A stretch of DNA of 32,000 nt, taken from the NCBI GenBank assembly GCA_031256725.1, contig JAIRQE010000025.1, positions 1-32,000 of the forward strand. Direction: 5' to 3'. Of this stretch, positions 24,347-32,000 are shown one piece after another. The position numbers were made by a program, and so were the translations under genes. The DNA is from Propionibacteriaceae bacterium (lineage in GTDB: Bacteria; Actinomycetota; Actinomycetes; Propionibacteriales; Propionibacteriaceae). Numbering within the stretch: the first letter of the stretch is position 1; every line of letters starts with the position of its first letter. The notes below the pieces were generated by a model. It had not been told where the DNA came from. It ran no database searches and saw nothing but the letters and a program-made list of their open reading frames with translations.

Positions 24347-24637
24347 ATGCGTAGCTATGAAATTATGATCTTGCTCGATCCAGAGATTGATGATCGTCAG
24401 GTTCAGACTGTCATTGATAACCATCTGAAGCCTGTTACTAAGGCTGGCGGAGTCGTCACCAATACCGACATCATGGGCCGTCGTCGTCTGGCGTACGAGA
24501 TCAAGAAGAAGGCAGAAGCTGTCTATGTCGTGGTGAACCTCGATGCCGAACCACCAGTGATCAAGGAACTTGACCGCCGTTTGAGCATCGACGAAAAGGT
24601 ACTGAGGGCCAAGGTCTTCCGTCCCGAAGCCAAGTGA
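24347..24637 (+). CDS. rpsF: 30S ribosomal protein S6
   Basis: MRSYEIMILLDPE... start with AAGGAG upstream. 96 aa. The tracked 24317 start is an upstream in-frame extension. Confidence 0.95.
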   Translation: MRSYEIMILLDPEIDDRQVQTVIDNHLKPVTKAGGVVTNTDIMGRRRLAYEIKKKAEAVYVVVNLDAEPPVIKELDRRLSIDEKVLRAKVFRPEAK

Positions 24638-24692
24638 CTTGTGTCGGATGCTCTTAGTATCGTAGATTCACTGAAATCATCAAAGGATCATT

Positions 24693-25169
24693 ATGGCAGG
24701 CGAAACAATCATCACCATCGTCGGTAATCTCACCGGCGACCCCGAGCTACGGTTCACCCCTTCGGGAGCAGCTGTAGCCAATTTCACAGTGGCATCCACG
24801 CCTCGTACCTTTGATCGTGTGACGAACGAATGGAAAGACGGCGATGCTATGTTCCTCAACTGCTCGGTGTGGCGTCAGGTTGCAGAGAATGTAGCCGAAT
24901 CGTTGACTAAGGGTATGAGGGTCATCGTTCAGGGCCGACTCAAGTCTCGCTCCTATGAGACCCAGTCAGGCGAACGTCGCACAGTTTTCGAGGTTGAGGT
25001 TGACGAAATCGGCCCAGCCTTGAGGTATGCGACCGCCAAGGTTAACCGCAATCCTTCACAAGGCGGTGGCCAATCCGGTTCTGCTGGATGGTCACAGGCC
25101 CCACAGGAACCACAGGCTCCAGCAAGCGACCCATGGTCGGCTGCCCAGTCTGAGGATCCACCATTCTGA
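24693..25169 (+). CDS. ssb: Single-stranded DNA-binding protein
   Basis: OB-fold N-terminus [35 protein letters not shown], a Gly/Gln/Pro-rich tail, and an acidic tip ending DPPF. Confidence 0.95.
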   Translation: MAGETIITIVGNLTGDPELRFTPSGAAVANFTVASTPRTFDRVTNEWKDGDAMFLNCSVWRQVAENVAESLTKGMRVIVQGRLKSRSYETQSGERRTVFEVEVDEIGPALRYATAKVNRNPSQGGGQSGSAGWSQAPQEPQAPASDPWSAAQSEDPPF

Positions 25170-25266
25170 CCTTAGGGTCTTTGCCCACCAGGGCATGTAC
25201 CCCCACCTTGGAGGTACAAGGCACATTCCGGTGTACAAAGCCGGGCTCAAGAAAGGGAGCACCACA

Positions 25267-25500
25267 ATGGCCGCACGTAAGCCAATCATGAAGAAGAAGA
25301 TCATCCCAGTGAAGACCATTCACATTGGGGAGGTCGACTACAAGGACATCACGCTGCTGCGTAAGTTCATCTCCGACCGTGGCAAGATCCGTTCTCGCCG
25401 CGTGACGGGGCTCACAGTCCAGGATCAGCGCAAGATCGCCCAGGCGGTCAAGAATGCGCGCGAAGTCGCCCTACTGCCGTACGCAACCTCGGGCCGCTAA
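25267..25500 (+). CDS. rpsR: 30S ribosomal protein S18
   Basis: The start is taken at ATG 25267 ([11 protein letters not shown]...), with AAGGGAG upstream. Contains [25 protein letters not shown]. The tracked 25027 start overlaps ssb. Confidence 0.9.
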   Translation: MAARKPIMKKKIIPVKTIHIGEVDYKDITLLRKFISDRGKIRSRRVTGLTVQDQRKIAQAVKNAREVALLPYATSGR

Positions 25501-25512
25501 GGAGAAGACATA

Positions 25513-25959
25513 ATGAAGCTCATTCTTACGACCGCTGTCGACAAGCTCGGCATTGCTGGCGACATCGTGGATGTCCGCCCAGGCTATGGCCGCAACTTCC
25601 TTCTCCCTCAGGGCCGCGCAATCGCGTGGACTCGTGGGGCTGAGAAGCAGATCGAGGGGATCAAGAGGGCGCGTGACGCTCGCGAAGTCCGCGGTATCGA
25701 TCATGCCAATGAACTGCGTGAACGTCTTGAAGCTCTGACCATCAAGATCAAGGCTCGCGCTGGCGAATCGGGCACCCTCTTCGGTGCTGTGACTGCTGCT
25801 GGATTGGCTCAGGCTGTGAAGTCCGCTGGTGGCCCGGCTCTTGACAAGCGCTCCATCTCAGTGGTGAAGCCGATCAAGACCGTGGGAACGCACACCATCG
25901 CCATTAAGCTCCATGATGCTGTGACCGCTCACGTGCCAGTTGAGGTTGTCGCCGCCTAA
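25513..25959 (+). CDS. rplI: 50S ribosomal protein L9
   Basis: MKLILTTAVDKLGIAGDIVDVRPGYGRNFLLPQGRA N-terminal domain. 148 aa. Confidence 0.95.
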   Translation: MKLILTTAVDKLGIAGDIVDVRPGYGRNFLLPQGRAIAWTRGAEKQIEGIKRARDAREVRGIDHANELRERLEALTIKIKARAGESGTLFGAVTAAGLAQAVKSAGGPALDKRSISVVKPIKTVGTHTIAIKLHDAVTAHVPVEVVAA

Positions 25960-25988
25960 TCATCCACTGAGGCAGTTTTTGTCCAGAA

Positions 25989-26182
25989 ACATGTAGTGGT
26001 GATCTGGGATGCTGTGCTATGGGTAGAGCAAAAAGTGGATGCGGAGAGGGTGGAGTATGTCTATTCCAGATGCATTCACGCAGTTGTTTCCTTTACAGGA
26101 AACAACTCCTCCATTCGGGATACGATCTGGAACAGACATACGCCACCCTCTCCGCACAGTCCATACTGTTCAACGATGACGG
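25989..26182 (+). repeat. Family-A structured repeat, copy A2
   Basis: 30-nt arms 26042-26071/26125-26154 pair at 28 of 30 positions. Inner hairpin 26082-26091/26098-26107. Conserved unpaired blocks CATTCACG and CTCCATTCGGGATACGA. Flanked by TCCAGAA (25982-25988) and TCTAGAA (26184-26190). Confidence 0.75.
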
Positions 26183-26203
26183 ATCTAGAAAGAGCCGACC
26201 ATA

Positions 26204-27616
26204 GTGTCCATGAATCTTGACTGTGCTCGGAAAGTCACCGAGCCTCTTGCTCGTGCTTTCGTGGATGCAGGGCATTCCTTGTACCTCGTGGGTGGGTCTG
26301 TTCGTGACGCAATCCTGGGGATCAAATCCGATGACTTGGATTTCACAACCTCAGCACGTCCTGATCAGATTGAGTCCATCCTTAAGGGGCTTGGTGGCCC
26401 TATGTGGGACATGGGTCGGGACTTCGGCACCATTGGTACGATCCTGCGCAGCAAAGATGAGGAATGGAAGGTGGAGATCACCACCTTCCGTGCGGATGCC
26501 TATGAACCGGGTTCCCGTAAACCAATGGTACGCTTCGGAGATCGTATTGATGAGGATCTGATTCGCCGGGACTTCACCATTAATGCTATGGCTGTGAACT
26601 TGGCGGACGGCTCTTTCGTAGACCCCTATCGCGGTCAGGTTGACCTTGCTGAGGGGGTACTGCGAACCCCATCCACCCCGGAAGTCTCCTTCTCTGATGA
26701 TCCTCTTCGCATGATGAGGGCCGCCCGTTTTGCGGCACGCTTTTCGTTCAGGCCAGTACCAGAAATCATCGCTGCCATGATGAACATGACTGAGCGTTTG
26801 AGAATCGTCTCTGCGGAGAGGATTCGTGATGAGTTCTCCAAGTTGCTTCTGTGTGACACTCCTAGGGTTGGTGTGAATATCCTTGTCAGAACGGGTTTGT
26901 CGGATATTTTCCTGCCCGAACTTGCTGCGATGAAGCTTGAGATTGATGAGCATCACCATCACAAGGATGTCTATGAGCATTCCCTGACAGTCCTTGATCA
27001 AGCCATCGCCTTGGAGAAGTCACGCAACCATTCCCCTGACATCGTGAATCGACTGGCAGCTCTCCTCCATGATATCGGCAAACCCAAGACCAAGCGTCTG
27101 GAGTCCGGCGGTAAGGTGAGCTTCCATCACCACGATGTGGTGGGCGCGAAGATGGCTCGCAAACGTCTTACCGAGTTGAAGTACCCTAAAGATGTTGTCG
27201 AGTCAGTGGCCGAGTTGATCTTTCTTCATCTGCGCTTCCACGGGTACGGTGAAGGCCAGTGGACAGATTCAGCAGTACGACGCTATGTCCGTGATGCTGG
27301 CCCCGAATTGGAGAGGCTCCATATTCTGACCCGCTCCGACTGTACGACTAGAATCCGCGCCAAAGCCGATCGTTTGCGCAGAGCCTATGAAGAGCTTGAG
27401 TGGAGGATCGACGAGCTGGCCGCCCAAGAGGAGATCGACTCGATTCGCCCCGACCTGGATGGCAACCAGATCATGGAGATCCTCGGAATAGGCCCTGGTC
27501 GCGACGTGGGTGCGGCGTACTCCTTCCTTCTGGAGAGACGTCTAGACCGTGGCCCGGTCACCGCCGAGGAGGCCACGGCGGAACTCCTGGCATGGTGGGC
27601 GGAGCGCTTCCGCTAG
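26204..27616 (+). CDS. cca: CCA tRNA nucleotidyltransferase with an HD domain
   Basis: GGSVRDAILG...DLDFTT nucleotidyltransferase motif, RRDFTINAMA, and the HD-domain block LLHDIGKP. The start (GTG 26204 or ATG 26210) is uncertain. Confidence 0.9.
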   Translation: MSMNLDCARKVTEPLARAFVDAGHSLYLVGGSVRDAILGIKSDDLDFTTSARPDQIESILKGLGGPMWDMGRDFGTIGTILRSKDEEWKVEITTFRADAYEPGSRKPMVRFGDRIDEDLIRRDFTINAMAVNLADGSFVDPYRGQVDLAEGVLRTPSTPEVSFSDDPLRMMRAARFAARFSFRPVPEIIAAMMNMTERLRIVSAERIRDEFSKLLLCDTPRVGVNILVRTGLSDIFLPELAAMKLEIDEHHHHKDVYEHSLTVLDQAIALEKSRNHSPDIVNRLAALLHDIGKPKTKRLESGGKVSFHHHDVVGAKMARKRLTELKYPKDVVESVAELIFLHLRFHGYGEGQWTDSAVRRYVRDAGPELERLHILTRSDCTTRIRAKADRLRRAYEELEWRIDELAAQEEIDSIRPDLDGNQIMEILGIGPGRDVGAAYSFLLERRLDRGPVTAEEATAELLAWWAERFR

Positions 27617-28175
27617 GGTGGCGTGGCTGCGGAGGATTCTTTTCGGCGGTGTTGGTGATGATACCTAGGATGAGCATGACTAGGCCGCTGACCCCCGAGG
27701 CTAGGGCGATTCCGTAACCGAGGACAAGCATCAGTCCTAGGAATGCGAATGGGGGTTTTGTACCTATCCTGCCAATTCCGTCAGGGTGTGATGAGGTACA
27801 CAAGACTTCATAGCTTCCTTCTTCACGTACTTCAAAGGTACCAGCATAGAGCAGGCCGGCTACGCCGTAGTTGTCCTCATCGAAAAACACTGGCACGGGT
27901 ACCCCATCAAAAGAAACCTCGCATTCGGCGCCTATGACGGTCACCCAGATGATGTGATCCTCCTGCGTGGGATCAAGATAGAACTTTGTTGGTTCATCGA
28001 AAAGGAAGATCGGCCCTTTGCCCCATTCGTTGGCCTCATAGGTTGTGTACTTCGTTGTACCCATGATCACGGCGATGGGCACAGCAATAAGGAGTAGCAG
28101 CGCGACCAGGATTCGATTCTGTCTCTTGCGCTTGGCGATCACCTCAGGGGGAAGAGGAGTCAGTCCTTGGGACAT
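27558..28175 (-). CDS. Hypothetical membrane protein (N-terminal and C-terminal helices around a beta-rich domain, Pro-rich tail)
   Basis: AAGGAGG Shine-Dalgarno 5 nt upstream of ATG 28175. 205 aa. The last 59 nt overlap the 3' end of the convergent cca gene. Confidence 0.6.
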   Translation of the reverse strand: MSQGLTPLPPEVIAKRKRQNRILVALLLLIAVPIAVIMGTTKYTTYEANEWGKGPIFLFDEPTKFYLDPTQEDHIIWVTVIGAECEVSFDGVPVPVFFDEDNYGVAGLLYAGTFEVREEGSYEVLCTSSHPDGIGRIGTKPPFAFLGLMLVLGYGIALASGVSGLVMLILGIITNTAEKNPPQPRHPSGSAPPTMPGVPPWPPRR

Positions 28176-28214
28176 GATACCTCCTTATGTGACAGTGGGG
28201 ACGGTTCCATTTTG

Positions 28215-29066
28215 TCACACTCCACCAGGCTTGGAACTGTTCTGGCGAGCGGCGGTCCATGTGATGCCGATAGAGGCGGCGATCACACAGGTCATAGCGA
28301 GTACATCGGTCGCGGACAGGCGTTCACCCAGGATGACTAGGGCAGATAGGGCAGCCATGGCGGGTTCTATGGACATCAGTATCGAGAAGATCCGCTGATC
28401 CAGGGTTTTGAGGGCCGTGAGTTCCAGGATGTACGGAATCACAGACGAGAGCAGGCCCACGAGCAACCCGATGATCCAGACCCAGGGGTTCATGAGTCGA
28501 TCGGCATAGAGGGTGAGTACGGGAACCACCAACACCAGCGCTCCGAAAGCTGTAGCCAGGAGTACAGGTTCAGCCTCCGACCAGCGTACCCCCACATGGG
28601 GTGTGATAAGGATGTACGCCGCCCAACAGGCCCCGGCGATCAGTGCAAAGATCACTCCAGTCACGGTCAGGGATCCGGGAGACCACCCCAACAGTACCAC
28701 CCCTGCTGCGGCCAATCCCACCCACAGCAGATCGCGTACCCCTCGACTTTTGGCAACGGCCACACCGAGGGGGCCGAGGAACTCAATCGTGACCGCCAAC
28801 CCGATAGGAATGCGGGCAATGGCCTGGTAGAAGGTCACATTCATCCCAATGAGAGCCAGAGCATAACCACCCAGAACCAACCAGTCGCGACGGGTACGTC
28901 CACGCAACCGGGGACGTACGAAGGGGATCAGGATGAGTCCTGCCATCGTCACCCGAAGCCAGGCCATGGTCAATGGTCCCGCCACATCAAAGAGATCTTT
29001 GGCGAAGGCCGACCCTAATTGCACGACGATGATCGCGCCCAATGTCATGAGAATGGCCTTACGCAT
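28215..29066 (-). CDS. EamA/DMT-family transporter (RhtA-like)
   Basis: 283 aa with about 10 hydrophobic helices in two EamA-like halves. N-terminus MRKAILMTLGAIIVVQLGSAFAKDLF. Confidence 0.8.
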   Translation of the reverse strand: MRKAILMTLGAIIVVQLGSAFAKDLFDVAGPLTMAWLRVTMAGLILIPFVRPRLRGRTRRDWLVLGGYALALIGMNVTFYQAIARIPIGLAVTIEFLGPLGVAVAKSRGVRDLLWVGLAAAGVVLLGWSPGSLTVTGVIFALIAGACWAAYILITPHVGVRWSEAEPVLLATAFGALVLVVPVLTLYADRLMNPWVWIIGLLVGLLSSVIPYILELTALKTLDQRIFSILMSIEPAMAALSALVILGERLSATDVLAMTCVIAASIGITWTAARQNSSKPGGV

Positions 29067-29072
29067 GAGTGC

Positions 29073-29078
29073 ATCCTA
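29073..29078 (-). promoter_or_regulatory. -10 box of a leaderless-type promoter for the EamA transporter gene
   Basis: On the minus strand, TAGGAT is followed by 6 nt (GCACTC) and then ATG 29066. Confidence 0.3.
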
Positions 29079-29208
29079 TGGGGTTTCCTGCGATTGCATG
29101 AATACCGTGGGGAGCCATACGTAGGAGTCCATGAATCTTCTCTGGCAAGGTACACATGGTTGACCTGGCCCCTGCGACACGAAAATGTGATAAAAACGAA
29201 CCGGCCCC

Positions 29209-29237
29209 AAAAAGGGTGGCTCCCGAAGGAGCCACCC
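29209..29237 (-). terminator. Rho-independent terminator of the isomerase gene
   Basis: Minus strand reads GGGTGGCTCC-TTCG-GGAGCCACCC followed by TTTTT. Perfect 10-bp stem, 83 nt after the stop. Confidence 0.85.
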
Positions 29238-29319
29238 TCATGTGAGTGCTCATAGAGAAATACCTCATCTCTTAGGGATCCACAACCAAAAATCCTGTGG
29301 GGAGGCCTCTCCTTAGAGC

Positions 29320-30966
29320 TTAGAGATTACTGAGTACATCTCCGCAGAGGTGTACCTGAATCCCCATGGCAGCAAACATGGCTGCCTTTGCGATGAGAGC
29401 CTTATCCGCGGTGGCGGCATCATCGGCGTAGACAACATTGAGGTGGTTCGCCTTGTGGCGAGCCATCAACTGATCACGACCCACACCGTGGAGGATGGCG
29501 TTCATGATGGGCCATTCTGGGTTGGTGGAGTCGAGTCGGCGTTGTACCTCGTCGGCTGGCATCTCGATGCAGGTACCTCGGCCCAGATCGACGTGGAGGG
29601 CACCATTCATAATGAAGACCCGCGACCAGATGATCTCACCCGGCTTGGAAACCCCAGAGAGGGTACCTCCACCGAGGGGGAAGAAATAATAGGCCTGGCG
29701 CATCGAATAGGCCTTGTCGTACCCACCGAGGTGGGAGGCTGGTACCGAGCCTGAAATCTCTAGAACCCAGACGAAGTCGCCCTCCCAATCGTCGCCCCAG
29801 CGTACATCGTGGAGGGTGGATGCGGGATCCATCCCCATGGCGGTCCAGATTCGATTGGTGACAAGCAGGTCCACGGCCACGCCCTCGTCCACCTCGTTGA
29901 AGTGGGGGAGTGCCTTGCCCTCATAGAGAACCCTCGAACCGTCACGGGAGGTTACTGGCGGGCGATCCACATTGTTGAGAAGACCTTCGACGAGATCGGA
30001 TGCAGGAACCATATCTTTGAGACCCTGCTGGTACTGGATGCCGACGAGCTCGGCCCCGAAGTCATCTGAGAGGCGTACAGCAGCGACGTACATCTTCATC
30101 TGTTCCAAAACCTGGGCGGTGGTCAGGCATTCCTTTTCGTCGCCCTCGTCATCGATATGGAAGGTGAACCCCTTGGTGTCGAGCCAGGATTTCACGGCCT
30201 GGGCTTCGGCATCGGTGACTGTACGCATTTCGGCGACGAGTGCTGACTGCGAGAGGCGCTCCTTGTAGATCCCGGTTGGATTCAGGAGTTCATCGTCGAT
30301 GAGGGCGTTGTACATCCCCATGCAGTATTCGTCGAAGATAGCCATGATGACCTTATCGTTCTTCAACTGTGCAGCAAGTGCTTCACCGAGCTTCTTCTCC
30401 TCAGAATCTGGGAGTTTCGGCAGGGGACGTACATGGGATTCATCATGGATGATCTCGCCTGTGGAAAGCCACTCAGCGAGCTTGGCCTTAGCCCAGTCAT
30501 CAGTGAAGTCTTTGGACCACAGAGCTGAGTGCTTGGTACCCATCTTGGTCATCGACCCGGTCAGGTTCAGCAAACCGACGAGTCCTGGGAAGTCGCCCGC
30601 GAAATTGGCGACAACAAGAATCGGCCCCTCATGGTCACGCAGGCCATGAAGAAGATGGTGGCTGTACTGCCAAACCGCTTCAACCACAACTAGTGGCGCA
30701 TCCTTAGGAATGGAGCGGAAAACCTCCATTCCACGATGTTGGGAATCGATAAAGCCGTGACCCGTGGCAGGGTTCACCCCATGGGCGCGTTGTACGTCCC
30801 AACCAAGTTCGCGAGCGGCTGCAGCAAATTGGGCTTCCACTTCCTGTTGCTTGGCCCAAGTTTTGACGTTTGTCGTCAATCTCAAGTCCCCGTTGGCCAC
30901 CGTGTAAATCGTCTTCGGTTTTGCGGCGGGCCTGACAGTGAGCTTGGGGAAAGTGTATGTGGTCAT
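29320..30966 (-). CDS. L-fucose/L-arabinose isomerase family protein (sugar isomerase)
   Basis: 548 aa. The C-terminal layout parallels E. coli FucI as recalled (FPLGGGTLSG... ; STNPEWPIMNAIL ; ANHLNVVYADD...GIQVHLCG). AAGGAG Shine-Dalgarno. Adjacent LacI-type regulator and operator. Confidence 0.65.
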   Translation of the reverse strand: MTTYTFPKLTVRPAAKPKTIYTVANGDLRLTTNVKTWAKQQEVEAQFAAAARELGWDVQRAHGVNPATGHGFIDSQHRGMEVFRSIPKDAPLVVVEAVWQYSHHLLHGLRDHEGPILVVANFAGDFPGLVGLLNLTGSMTKMGTKHSALWSKDFTDDWAKAKLAEWLSTGEIIHDESHVRPLPKLPDSEEKKLGEALAAQLKNDKVIMAIFDEYCMGMYNALIDDELLNPTGIYKERLSQSALVAEMRTVTDAEAQAVKSWLDTKGFTFHIDDEGDEKECLTTAQVLEQMKMYVAAVRLSDDFGAELVGIQYQQGLKDMVPASDLVEGLLNNVDRPPVTSRDGSRVLYEGKALPHFNEVDEGVAVDLLVTNRIWTAMGMDPASTLHDVRWGDDWEGDFVWVLEISGSVPASHLGGYDKAYSMRQAYYFFPLGGGTLSGVSKPGEIIWSRVFIMNGALHVDLGRGTCIEMPADEVQRRLDSTNPEWPIMNAILHGVGRDQLMARHKANHLNVVYADDAATADKALIAKAAMFAAMGIQVHLCGDVLSNL

Positions 30967-31017
30967 TGTCTCTCCTTAGTCTGGAATCTGACTCACTACG
31001 TGGCTTCCATCCTGCCA

Positions 31018-31031
31018 TGAAATCGATTTCA
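31018..31031. promoter_or_regulatory. LacI-family operator (perfect 14-bp palindrome)
   Basis: TGAAATCGATTTCA fits the LacI/GalR consensus TGNAANCGNTTNCA. It lies 52 nt upstream of the isomerase start and next to the LacI-family gene. Confidence 0.7.
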
Positions 31032-31171
31032 GCGCAAGAGGTTGCAGTTCACTTTTTCGGTAGATTTCCCCAGTTTTCGCTACAAACGGAGCACTCACGT
31101 GGTACATCTGAATACCCGGAACACATGTTAAAGGTAATCCTAGAATGACGAGGGTTAGGGAATAGTGATAT

Positions 31172-32000
31172 TCATGAGACGTCGGTACCAGGGTCTTCCA
31201 TGGCTATGGGGAGGGTGACTGTACGAGCATCAGATTCAAGACCGTTGATGCGCTCTATGAGCATGGCTGCTGCCGTGGTACCAATCAAACTATCGGGGAG
31301 GTAGGTGACGATGACCCCAGGCCAAGCGAACAGGGAATTAGGAGGACCACCAAAGGCAACCAACCCAACCTTGGGGGGCATGGTGTCCAACCGGTACAAG
31401 GCTCGCAAGGTGCCAGTCGCCAAACGGTTATTTCCCGCAAAGATGGCGTCGGGGGGATTATCAAGACTGAGGAGTTGCTGGGCTGCTCGCTCACCATCAC
31501 GGTCATCAACATAGCGAGCCCTCAACACTAATTCTGGATCAGGGTCCGTACCAGTGTGGTCGCGTACTGCCTTCATCCAGCCTTCCAAACGGGCTGTGGA
31601 GGTCTCAACTGTTTCAGGGCCAGTGATACAGCCAAGTCGGGTGTATCCAGCCTCAAAAAGGAGATGGGTGGCGGCAGTGGCGGCTGTGATGTTGTCAACG
31701 ACGACGGCATCAATCTCGTGGTGTGGGGCGTGACGGTCGACACAGACCATGGGTACCCCACGCTCGACAGCCCAGTCGAGTTCAGAATTAGCATTGGGTG
31801 CGATGATGATTCCGGCAACCTGCTCGCTGGTGGCGACCCGAAGGTACTCCTGCTCGCGTTCGGGATCCTCATCGGTGTTGCAGAGCATGACCGAGAAACC
31901 GGCTGCGCGGGCGACATCCTCAACGGCTCTGGTCATGTGGGTGAAGAAGGAGTTGGAAACATCAGGGACCATCATCGCGATGATTTCAGAGGAGTTGGTA
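31172..32000 (-). CDS. LacI-family transcriptional regulator (sugar-binding domain; the N-terminal HTH lies beyond the window)
   Basis: The frame stays open to nt 32000 (..TNSSEIIAMMVPDVSNSFFTHMTRAVEDVA.., the typical start of the LacI effector domain). Stop at 31172. Confidence 0.85.
   Translation of the reverse strand, partial: TNSSEIIAMMVPDVSNSFFTHMTRAVEDVARAAGFSVMLCNTDEDPEREQEYLRVATSEQVAGIIIAPNANSELDWAVERGVPMVCVDRHAPHHEIDAVVVDNITAATAATHLLFEAGYTRLGCITGPETVETSTARLEGWMKAVRDHTGTDPDPELVLRARYVDDRDGERAAQQLLSLDNPPDAIFAGNNRLATGTLRALYRLDTMPPKVGLVAFGGPPNSLFAWPGVIVTYLPDSLIGTTAAAMLIERINGLESDARTVTLPIAMEDPGTDVS

Noticed and set aside
4311-26190. The possibility that the repeats form a CRISPR array.
   Set aside because: The copies are kilobases apart, internally palindromic and about 35-190 nt long, with no regular repeat-spacer periodicity and no cas genes.
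26196-26212. CATAGT upstream of cca as another leaderless promoter, by analogy with TATAGT at 4590.
   Set aside because: The spacing to either candidate start (GTG 26204, ATG 26210) does not fit the 6-nt rule seen at the other genes.
27558-27616. The 59-nt convergent overlap between cca and the hypothetical membrane-protein gene as a regulatory antisense arrangement.
   Set aside because: It may simply reflect a Pro-rich, poorly constrained tail reading through to the first available stop. There is no structural or repeat signal in the overlap.
1-32000. tRNA, rRNA, tmRNA, or transposase, integrase and reverse-transcriptase genes.
   Set aside because: No T-loop-like GGTTCGAATCC-type sequences in cloverleaf context, no rRNA-like stretches, and no ORF with DDE, tyrosine-recombinase or RT motifs were seen in any frame.

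Overview
This is a chromosomal window from a moderate-GC actinobacterium. That assignment is inferred from three things: the rpsF-ssb-rpsR-rplI cluster, a hemolysin-III/cis-prenyltransferase divergent pair like Mycobacterium Rv1085c/Rv1086, and many TANNNT boxes exactly 6 nt upstream of start codons (leaderless-type promoters).

Housekeeping genes: pepN (3' part), uppS-like, rmuC, xseA, xseB, pgi, rpsF, ssb, rpsR, rplI and cca. There is also an L-fucose-isomerase-family gene with a LacI-type repressor and a perfect 14-bp operator.

Accessory content:
- a 1014-aa DUF11/SdrD-B surface protein
- two ABC-2 transporter clusters, one resembling lantibiotic-protection LanEFG systems
- an ankyrin-repeat protein
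- VapBC and GNAT/DUF1778 (TacAT-like) toxin-antitoxin pairs
- a small surface-protein gene with an in-frame TAA after its signal peptide and a G11 tract in its putative promoter

The most unusual signal is non-coding. Three families of hairpin-forming intergenic repeats (here called A, B and C) each occur 3-4 times. They sit immediately after stop codons, and they bracket the accessory modules (the surface-protein gene, the LanEFG-like cluster and vapBC). Family A has a perfect 27-bp inverted repeat, paired (compensatory) differences between copies, and ATCTAGAA direct-repeat flanks.

I saw no rRNA, tRNA, CRISPR array, transposase, integrase or reverse transcriptase. All family names come from reading the translated sequence. 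No searches were run.
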